DNA of 10,239 nucleotides from Candidatus Woesearchaeota archaeon (GTDB lineage Archaea; Nanobdellota; Nanobdellia; Pacearchaeales; GW2011-AR1): positions 24,277-34,515 of the forward strand of contig CAZHCL010000011.1 of NCBI GenBank assembly GCA_964530955.1, read 5' to 3'. Shown piece by piece: positions 1 through 7,266 of the stretch. Position 1 is the stretch's first letter. Each line of letters starts with the position of its first letter. A program made the translations under genes and the position numbers. Below the pieces are notes generated by a model. The model was not told the origin of the DNA and ran no database searches. It saw nothing but the letters and a program-made list of their open reading frames with translations.

Positions 1-2
1 AA

Positions 3-3000
3 AATCTTACAAATAATGGATTCGTAATTAAATTGAATAATGTAACTGTAAGTTCAGCTTCCTATGGAGATAGGAACTTCAGTACTGGAAGTGGGACAAA
101 TGTAACTGCATTAAATGGAAATGTTACTTTGCTCTTGAATTATATTGGAAATAACACTTTGTATACTGACGATTATTCAACAACGCAGTATCTGACTGAT
201 GCTTACAATTATACAAATATAGGATACTATGGGCCTGGAGGGTATATATTCGGATTGGACCAGATGAGCAGTCCTGTAGGAAATGTTACCTACAAATATC
301 AAAGTCCGACTAAATTCTATAATGCAAGTGTAACTATTGACACATTATCTTCAAGTGCGGGAACAACTGGAAATACCAGCATACTTTACAGTTTGAATGG
401 AAACAGTTGGACTGTGCTCAATAGCACCACTGCGAAAGGAGCAGCATTGAATGCTAATATTCCTATTGCTAATTCTACAGTATTTTATGTAATGTTAAGG
501 TCTGATACTGACAGCTTGAATAGCGAAAATCCTGTAACTGATTATTCGATAAATTATGTAAATTATAATTATGCTTCATCAGGAAACTTTACTTCTGGAG
601 CAATATATCTTCCTGGAGTTACTTACACTGTTCTTGGATGGGATCAGAATCTATCTTCAAGCGGAGGAAGTATTACTCTTCAATTAAGAGAAAGTAGTGA
701 TGGAAACACTTGGGGAGCATGGAGCAGCAGCTATTCAAATAATCTGGTAAACGGAATAACTTCTTTCTCAAAGCCATATTTGCAGTATCAGGCATTTTTG
801 TCAACAAGTAATTTAAGTTCCACACCAATATTGTCTTCCGTAAATATTTCGTTTTTCAATGCATCAACTGATAGTCTAGGAGCATATAATTATAATATTA
901 GTATACCTACCGATAGTCTAGGAGTTTTGCCTTTGCAGGTTTCTATTGTACAAAGTCCACAGGGAATAGTTGGATTAAATACAACTAATATAACTGTAAA
1001 AGCAGTGACTAGTTTGCCTTATGTTGTAATGAGAAATTATACGCAGCCAAACAGTAATTATACCATAGCAACTAATTTCACAAGGACAGATACTTCTAAT
1101 TTAGTGAATGGAACTATTAATATAAGCTTTTCAAATCTAAGTGGAAGTACTAGGTGGAGTACTATTTGTACTGCACAAAGTCAATGCACTTTGACTGCAT
1201 TTGTTCCTGCCAATATTTCGTATGGAAATTATACAATAAATATAACTGCTAGCAATGAATCAGCTTATTACTGGAATGCATCAACAAGCTTTAATGATTT
1301 TCTTGAGGAAAGAAATACTTCTGGAACATTATATGCTCCTAATAGAACAATAACCGACCTTACTGCTGGAATTGATTATCCATTCTATTGGAATGTGACA
1401 ATAACAAATACTGGAAATGCGAGTATGCTAGGCACTATTGTTTATAATTCGACAAGACCTAACATAATAAAGAATTTCACTTTACTGCAAGGATGTCAGA
1501 CAGGGAAAGTTTATCCTGGACAGAGTTGTAATGCAAGTGTATTAATTTTAGTAGCTGGAGGCTCTCAGGCAGGAACTTATCAGATTCCATGGAGAGCAAA
1601 CTGGACTGATAATGATGGGGGTGTTGCAGGAGGAAATAACTTTATTGCTTATACTGAAATGTATATTACTATTACATTGAACGCTTCTATTGCTCTTTCA
1701 AATTATTCCATAAACAGGACAATTCAACATGCATCGAATGATAGCTTCAAAATAGTGGTATCTTCTATAGGAACAGATACTCTTGCTGGAATTAATCTTA
1801 CTTACATGGAACAAAATGTAACTTCTGATAAAATATTAAACGCTTCTTGGGTAAATATTGCTCCTTCCCAGATAGCTCAGATAGCCTCTGGTACTTCAAA
1901 GAACGTTACAATTAACATATCAATACCTGCGCAAACATCTCCTGGAAATTATTCGGGAATGATAAATGTAACAAGCAACGGGGGAGAAAAAGATATGAAT
2001 TTAATGGTAACTGTTCCTGTCAACGCTTCGTGGTATATTGCTCCTTCAGGAAACTTTAGTTATAACAAGAGCTTTTCATTAGGTGTTGCTGGGGAAATAG
2101 GCAATTTCACTCTAGTCAATACAGGAAATATCAATGTGACTTTTAATATTTCCTATAGTCCTACTCCGGGAGCGACGACGGATTATTCTAACTTTGGAAG
2201 TAATCTGTTTAAGACTAACTTTGGGGTTTCAAGTATTATAACTAATCCTACTTCTGTAAATGTAACTAGGGGAGAGAATTATACTATAACTCTATGGCAG
2301 AGAGGTAATCCAGATCCTCTTCCGGATGCAGGTGTGACTTTTAAAATATTTAATGAGACGGCAAGTCCAAATACTACAAATATTCAGGATGCATTTAATA
2401 TTGCAGAGCAGCCCCCTGCTCCAGTGGCACTTTACTTTTCGCTTGATAATTTTGTTACAAATACTTCAATAGGAGAACAAAATAGAAATATGACTTTGAA
2501 AATTTATGCAACAGATGATGTTGACCTTGATCCTGGTAGAACAACATTTAATGTAACTTGGTCATCGGGGAGCACGATTGTAAATGCAACTGCTTTAGAT
2601 GCAGAGAGTGTTTTCAATGGTATAAAGAGAATAGCTGCTAACTACACTGCAATATTTATGCCTACCACCGCAGGAACTTACACAGTATTTGCAAACGTAT
2701 ATGATGCTGCAGGTCATTTAGCTGTTTCAAACTCGTCTACATTCACCTCTATAGGTTCAACAGCAGTTTCATTAAGCGAAAATACCTCAGCAGTTACGGT
2801 GAGCAATGTAGATTTGACTCACCAGGGAATCATTTATGTAAACTATACCATAAATAACTCGGGTCTAGTGCAGGCTTACAATCCTACTTTAACATTTACT
2901 GGAAATTCTTCAGTAATTGTTCAGGGATATGCATTTAGTGATATAGCTTCAGGAACAATAAACAGTGCAGCCATATTGATGAATGTCTCTGTTCTTACTG

Positions 3001-4955
3001 CGCCGGGTCAATATAATATAACTGCCACATTAGCCTATAGAAATCCTAATAGTATCGTTTCAACTACTTCAAAGATATTAAGTATAACTGTTTTGCAAAA
3101 CAAATCTTTCATAATAACTCCTTCAACAGATATTTATGGAAGTATAGTGCATGGAACTTCAAGTTCATCCGTAGTGCAAATTAATAACACAGGAAATTCT
3201 CCATTGGTTGGAGTAGGGTTAAACTGTTATATTGGAGGATTATGTTTCAATTTCACATCAGACTATAATGACTCAGGATTTAATATTGGAACAAATTCTT
3301 CTAGGAAAGTTAATATTACCTTAACTGCTGCATTGGGTCTTGCTTCAGGAACCTATAATGGATTTATTAATGTTTCTGACCAGAACTCTTCTAATACTTT
3401 TGAAGTTCAGGCTTCCGTGCCACAGACATTGACATGGAATGTATCTACTCTATTTGTTGGAAGCTCTGCAGCAGCTGGTTCTTCTGGAAGAATAGGTGCA
3501 GTATTTATTAATAACACTGGAAATACTCCTTTAAGCTTCTTACTGAGTTCAACAAATGAATCTGTTGTGACTATGAATGAATCTTCTTTGACTGTTCCAG
3601 CTATAACTGGACTGCCTTTCGATATTAATTATACTGCTCCTACTTTGGAGGGAATTTATCCCGAGGTTATAACTATAAATGAAAGTACTCTAAGCGCTAT
3701 TCCTACGCAGATTAACATAACTGTAAATCTTACTGCAACAAAGCTTGCAATTAATTTCATCTCTCCAACAACTCTTTCACCTTTAGTTAATGTGCTTGCA
3801 GGGGATTACATTTCAGTAATTGCAAATCTTACATATGTGAGCCTTCCTTTGGGAAGCAATGTTACTTGGAATGTAACTGTGGGGAATTCAGATTGTTTGA
3901 ATATTAATTTCAGCTATAATACATTGAATACTCTTTGGAATATTACATGCAATATTCCTAATATTTTAGACGGAAAAGCTTACAATATTACTCTTATAGC
4001 TACCCATAATATTTATGGAACCTATAGCAAGAGTGAAAGCAATGCTATATCTTACAAAGATATAAGCCCTCCATTCTTTAATGCAACTAGGAATAATGTA
4101 AACAAAGGAAGCAACATAAGTTTATCTGTAAATGTAACTGATAACGTGCAGGTTGATACAGTTATTGCAAACATAACCTATCCTAATGGAAGTATCTATT
4201 CATATCCTCTTAATCTGACTGGAAGTTATTATAAATTAAGCAACTTCACTCTTGATGCTCCTGGAGAATATGAAGTTAAATACATTGCAAACGACAGTTC
4301 TGGAAACTTAAACATAACCAATGATTGGTTTGAAGTTTATGACAAGTATTTGTGGACAGGTAAATTTGTAGATTATGTTTCTTCTCCTGTAATTGGTGCA
4401 AACATAACATTAATTAGACCTAGTACATCGTTGATACTTTTGAATAATGTTACCGATAACTCTGGAGCATTCAGCTTCAATGTAAACAAAAGATTCTATG
4501 ATGTAAAAGTTTCTTTAACAGGAGATAGTGTGCTTGCTCAACAGGAGAATTTTAGTAACGTAACTCAATCTAATATAAGTTTGAATTTGCAGAGACTTGC
4601 AGGAGATTCATTGCCGGACATAATTCCTCTTTTCAAGCCATTCATGGGGATAGTTACAAATGCAACAGGATTTGATGGTAATAATATCACTTCATTGTTT
4701 AATTACACAGGATATTCCTATGATACTTCATCTGAATTAAAGATTGTTGAATGCAATAATTGGAGTTATGCATCAAGGTCATGTTCAGGAAATTGGAATG
4801 CTTTGCCTTCATCAATAGACAGAGATGCTAAGATGGTGCAGGGGAATGGTACGGGATTGAGCAGTACAGGTTTCTTCATCGCAGAAAATAAATGCGGAAA
4901 TGGAGCATGTGAAGCTAATTATGGTGAAACAAGCGGCAATTGTGCTCTTGACTGC
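3..4955 (+). other. Distal ectodomain: tandem Ig-like/beta-sandwich domains (CARDB/NEW3-like, DxxPP...TD...DxxGN Ig-like, IPT/TIG-like) with very dense N-glycosylation sequons
   Basis: Recurring (I/V)xN(T/S)G(N) ... G(T/N/Q)Y motifs: TNTGN about 1407, VNTGN about 2118, INNSG about 2853, INNTGN about 3183 and about 3510. Also KDISPP...VTDN...ANDSSGN (about 4056-4310) and EQPP...ATDD...VYDAAGH (about 2406-2720). Manual count gives about 110 N-x-S/T sequons, plus several short-range Cys pairs. Confidence 0.8.
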
Positions 4956-7262
4956 AAAGGAAGCTCTTCAAGTTCAGGAAGCACTGGTGGAGGCGGAGGA
5001 GGCGGTGGTGGCGGAGGAGGAAGCGCAGGATTGACGCAAAGCGATTTAGATAAAATTGCCCAGTTAATTAAAGGTTCAATCAATTTAAACGGAGTAAAGA
5101 TAGAAACTACTTCTATCTACAAAGAATTATTCTCCGGAGATTCAAGCACTGTAACTGTAAGAGTTACTAATACATTAAGCAAGCAATCAGATATACTTTT
5201 AAGTGCGGACGGCGAAGTTAAGCCATTCCTGAGCTTTGAAAGTACGGTAGTTACTCTTGCAAGTGGAGAGGCGAGAGATGTATTACTGAAAATAAATGTT
5301 CCTAAGTTCACTGCTCCGGCAGATTATACTGGACACTTAGTTCTTAGTTCAGAGGGAAGCAATGCAACAATACCTGTTGACATAAAAGTTTTGGCTCCTC
5401 AGGGAAAACTTCTTGATGTAAAAATACAGCCATTGAAGAGCACTGTCGAACCTGGAGAGATACTTCGTTTGCAGACTGATTTGCTTAATCTCGGGCAGAC
5501 AAAGAAAGTTGACGTACAGTTTGACTTACAACTTGTGAGTGCAGATACGGGCGAGATTATAACGAGGAAGGAGGAAGCATTTGCAGTTGAAACAACAACA
5601 AGCATGATAAAGAATCTAACTATTCCCGCAAGCACGCCTCTTGGGCATTACTTAATTAAGGGAGTTGCCTCTTATGCAAGTATAGAACTAAATAATCAGA
5701 CAGCAACTTCGATTGTTGAAATTAATGTAGATTATCCATTATGGAAAAAGAACTTTTTGTTTGTTCCAGTTTGGATATGGCTTATTGTGCTTGGAGCAAT
5801 AGCTCTTGGAGCAGGAGCATTCTATTACCTAAGATATTTGGACAGCAAGTCTAAGAGATTCAAGACAAAGGTAGAATTCAATAAGCTTCCTCAGGTTGGA
5901 GTTAATTCGGCATTTGTAGGAAAGATTGCTGAAACAGGCATCAGGGCATTTACTGACATAAACAAGATGCAGATGCATACTTTGATTGCAGGTTCGACAG
6001 GAGGAGGAAAGACAGTCGCAGCTCAGGCAATTGTAGAAGCAGCTTTATTGCATAACAAGAGCGTAATAGTATTTGACCCAACAGCACAATGGACAGGATT
6101 CTTTAGAAAGTGTGAAGAGAAAAACATGCTTAACAGATATTCTTTCTTCGATATGAAGACTGGAGAAGCAAGGTCATTCAACGGAATTATCAAGACAATC
6201 CATGATCCATATGAATTCATAGACATAAAGAAATATGTAGACAGACCTGGAGAAATAACTGTTTTCAATGTAAGTAATCTAACTCCTGCTCAGATAGATA
6301 TTCTCGCAGCTAGTACAATCGAGCAGATATTTAATAGTCATCCTGAAGAAAGTTCTGACTTAAAGACATTGATAGTTTATGACGAAGTTCATAGATTACT
6401 GCCTAAATTCGGAGGAACTGGTCAAGGATTTATCCAAATCGAAAGGGCATGTAGAGAATTCAGAAAGTGGGGAATAGGTCTTGTCCTTATTTCACAGGTT
6501 TTGAGCGACTTCGTTGGAGAAATAAAAGCAAACATAGGAACAGAAATACAGATGGGAACAAGATATGAAGGAGACCTGGAGAGAGTAAGTGTCAAGTATG
6601 GAGAAGATGTACTTAAGTCAGTAGTCAAGGAACCTATAGGAACTGGAATGTTAGTAAACGCAGAATATAATTCGGGAAGACCTTATTTCGTTGCTTTCAG
6701 GCCTTTGTTGCATAGCACAAAGAGATTGTCCAAGATAGATCTTGATAAGTATGAAAAATACTTTGACCAGATTGAAGACATTGAATATCAGATTGAGGAG
6801 CTTAAGAAACTTGGAGTAGATGTATTTGACTTGAATTTGGAATTGAAACTTGCAAGAGAAAAAGTCAAGGAAGGACAGTTCCAGATAGCTGATATGTATA
6901 TGGAGTCTTTAGCTCCAAACGTTGAAGCTTCCTGGAAAAAAGCAGGTAAGAAGCAAGTACATCTTGTGAAAGTGCAGTTGAGTAAGACTGAGATTACCAA
7001 GGGATTAACCAAGGCTAACGAGGAAAGAGCAAACTATTTAAAGAAAAATCCACAACAAGCATTATCCTTTGAAGAGAGTCTGAGTGAAATAAGCAAAGTA
7101 GTAAAGGCTAAGAAGGGTAAGAAAGACACTTCAAAATTTGAGGTAAAGCTGAATGATTTCAGTTCAAGACTTAAGTCATTTAAAGGAAAACTTAGTGACA
7201 AGGACAAAGGAGATATACAAAAAGAAATTGACTCTTTGAAAAAGGAGGCGGATGCTTTATAA
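3..7262 (+). CDS. Giant cell-surface glycoprotein fused through one TM helix to a cytoplasmic FtsK/HerA-superfamily (DUF87-like) P-loop ATPase; 5'-partial, at least 2419 aa
   Basis: The frame is open from nt 3 (AAT CTT ACA AAT AAT GGA TTC GTA ATT AAA TTG = NLTNNGFVIKL), so the TTG at 33 is probably not the true start, and no signal peptide is visible. It has an N/S/T-rich beta-strand ectodomain, a TM helix at about 5769-5831, Walker A GSTGGGKT (5991-6014), Walker B LIVYDEVH (6369-6392) and REFRKWG...ISQ (6453-6497). Stop TAA at 7260-7262. Confidence 0.93.
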   Translation, partial: NLTNNGFVIKLNNVTVSSASYGDRNFSTGSGTNVTALNGNVTLLLNYIGNNTLYTDDYSTTQYLTDAYNYTNIGYYGPGGYIFGLDQMSSPVGNVTYKYQSPTKFYNASVTIDTLSSSAGTTGNTSILYSLNGNSWTVLNSTTAKGAALNANIPIANSTVFYVMLRSDTDSLNSENPVTDYSINYVNYNYASSGNFTSGAIYLPGVTYTVLGWDQNLSSSGGSITLQLRESSDGNTWGAWSSSYSNNLVNGITSFSKPYLQYQAFLSTSNLSSTPILSSVNISFFNASTDSLGAYNYNISIPTDSLGVLPLQVSIVQSPQGIVGLNTTNITVKAVTSLPYVVMRNYTQPNSNYTIATNFTRTDTSNLVNGTINISFSNLSGSTRWSTICTAQSQCTLTAFVPANISYGNYTINITASNESAYYWNASTSFNDFLEERNTSGTLYAPNRTITDLTAGIDYPFYWNVTITNTGNASMLGTIVYNSTRPNIIKNFTLLQGCQTGKVYPGQSCNASVLILVAGGSQAGTYQIPWRANWTDNDGGVAGGNNFIAYTEMYITITLNASIALSNYSINRTIQHASNDSFKIVVSSIGTDTLAGINLTYMEQNVTSDKILNASWVNIAPSQIAQIASGTSKNVTINISIPAQTSPGNYSGMINVTSNGGEKDMNLMVTVPVNASWYIAPSGNFSYNKSFSLGVAGEIGNFTLVNTGNINVTFNISYSPTPGATTDYSNFGSNLFKTNFGVSSIITNPTSVNVTRGENYTITLWQRGNPDPLPDAGVTFKIFNETASPNTTNIQDAFNIAEQPPAPVALYFSLDNFVTNTSIGEQNRNMTLKIYATDDVDLDPGRTTFNVTWSSGSTIVNATALDAESVFNGIKRIAANYTAIFMPTTAGTYTVFANVYDAAGHLAVSNSSTFTSIGSTAVSLSENTSAVTVSNVDLTHQGIIYVNYTINNSGLVQAYNPTLTFTGNSSVIVQGYAFSDIASGTINSAAILMNVSVLTAPGQYNITATLAYRNPNSIVSTTSKILSITVLQNKSFIITPSTDIYGSIVHGTSSSSVVQINNTGNSPLVGVGLNCYIGGLCFNFTSDYNDSGFNIGTNSSRKVNITLTAALGLASGTYNGFINVSDQNSSNTFEVQASVPQTLTWNVSTLFVGSSAAAGSSGRIGAVFINNTGNTPLSFLLSSTNESVVTMNESSLTVPAITGLPFDINYTAPTLEGIYPEVITINESTLSAIPTQINITVNLTATKLAINFISPTTLSPLVNVLAGDYISVIANLTYVSLPLGSNVTWNVTVGNSDCLNINFSYNTLNTLWNITCNIPNILDGKAYNITLIATHNIYGTYSKSESNAISYKDISPPFFNATRNNVNKGSNISLSVNVTDNVQVDTVIANITYPNGSIYSYPLNLTGSYYKLSNFTLDAPGEYEVKYIANDSSGNLNITNDWFEVYDKYLWTGKFVDYVSSPVIGANITLIRPSTSLILLNNVTDNSGAFSFNVNKRFYDVKVSLTGDSVLAQQENFSNVTQSNISLNLQRLAGDSLPDIIPLFKPFMGIVTNATGFDGNNITSLFNYTGYSYDTSSELKIVECNNWSYASRSCSGNWNALPSSIDRDAKMVQGNGTGLSSTGFFIAENKCGNGACEANYGETSGNCALDCKGSSSSSGSTGGGGGGGGGGGGSAGLTQSDLDKIAQLIKGSINLNGVKIETTSIYKELFSGDSSTVTVRVTNTLSKQSDILLSADGEVKPFLSFESTVVTLASGEARDVLLKINVPKFTAPADYTGHLVLSSEGSNATIPVDIKVLAPQGKLLDVKIQPLKSTVEPGEILRLQTDLLNLGQTKKVDVQFDLQLVSADTGEIITRKEEAFAVETTTSMIKNLTIPASTPLGHYLIKGVASYASIELNNQTATSIVEINVDYPLWKKNFLFVPVWIWLIVLGAIALGAGAFYYLRYLDSKSKRFKTKVEFNKLPQVGVNSAFVGKIAETGIRAFTDINKMQMHTLIAGSTGGGKTVAAQAIVEAALLHNKSVIVFDPTAQWTGFFRKCEEKNMLNRYSFFDMKTGEARSFNGIIKTIHDPYEFIDIKKYVDRPGEITVFNVSNLTPAQIDILAASTIEQIFNSHPEESSDLKTLIVYDEVHRLLPKFGGTGQGFIQIERACREFRKWGIGLVLISQVLSDFVGEIKANIGTEIQMGTRYEGDLERVSVKYGEDVLKSVVKEPIGTGMLVNAEYNSGRPYFVAFRPLLHSTKRLSKIDLDKYEKYFDQIEDIEYQIEELKKLGVDVFDLNLELKLAREKVKEGQFQIADMYMESLAPNVEASWKKAGKKQVHLVKVQLSKTEITKGLTKANEERANYLKKNPQQALSFEESLSEISKVVKAKKGKKDTSKFEVKLNDFSSRLKSFKGKLSDKDKGDIQKEIDSLKKEADAL
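4893..4955 (+). other. Four-Cys mini-domain CGNGACEANYGETSGNCALDC
   Basis: Translated directly. It fits the CG(N/D)GxC...E...xCxxDC disulfide motif seen in archaeal surface proteins (family recall, not searched). Confidence 0.8.
4959..5030 (+). repeat. Ser/Gly low-complexity linker containing 12 consecutive Gly codons (4986-5021)
   Basis: GSSSSSGSTGGGGGGGGGGGGSAG is encoded by mixed GGT/GGA/GGC codons and is a GC-rich island in AT-rich DNA. Confidence 0.95.
5769..5831 (+). other. Single transmembrane helix of the giant protein (N-out/C-in)
   Basis: VWIWLIVLGAIALGAGAFYYL is followed by a basic segment RYLDSKSKRFKTK (positive-inside rule). Sequons lie almost entirely on the N-terminal side. 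Confidence 0.9.
5913..6704 (+). other. FtsK/HerA-superfamily ATPase domain (DUF87 / HerA-central-like)
   Basis: FVGKIAE lead-in strand; MHTLIAGSTGGGKT (Walker A with the family-typical upstream His); SVIVFDP strand; LIVYDEVHRL (Walker B); REFRKWG (Arg-finger motif, cf. REGRKYG); LVLISQ (sensor Gln); terminal GxG..v...RP strands. Confidence 0.9.
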
Positions 7263-7266
7263 TTAA

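Noticed and set aside
4986-5021. GGN tract as a phase-variable repeat or G-quadruplex
   Set aside because: Mixed synonymous codons with no homopolymer run point to selection on the Gly linker rather than a slippage-prone SSR. Any G4 would be a weak two-tier structure.
5913-6704. Calling the gene herA, ftsK or cedB
   Set aside because: There is no HAS barrel or nurA neighbour, no FtsK alpha/gamma domains, and no CedA-like multi-TM partner in view. Only superfamily membership is supported.
5117-7012. Five short minus-strand ORFs (5117-5311, 5399-5635, 6023-6268, 6422-6628, 6788-7012)
   Set aside because: All lie antisense within the giant CDS, including its conserved ATPase motifs. They have no recognisable motifs and are typical shadow ORFs.
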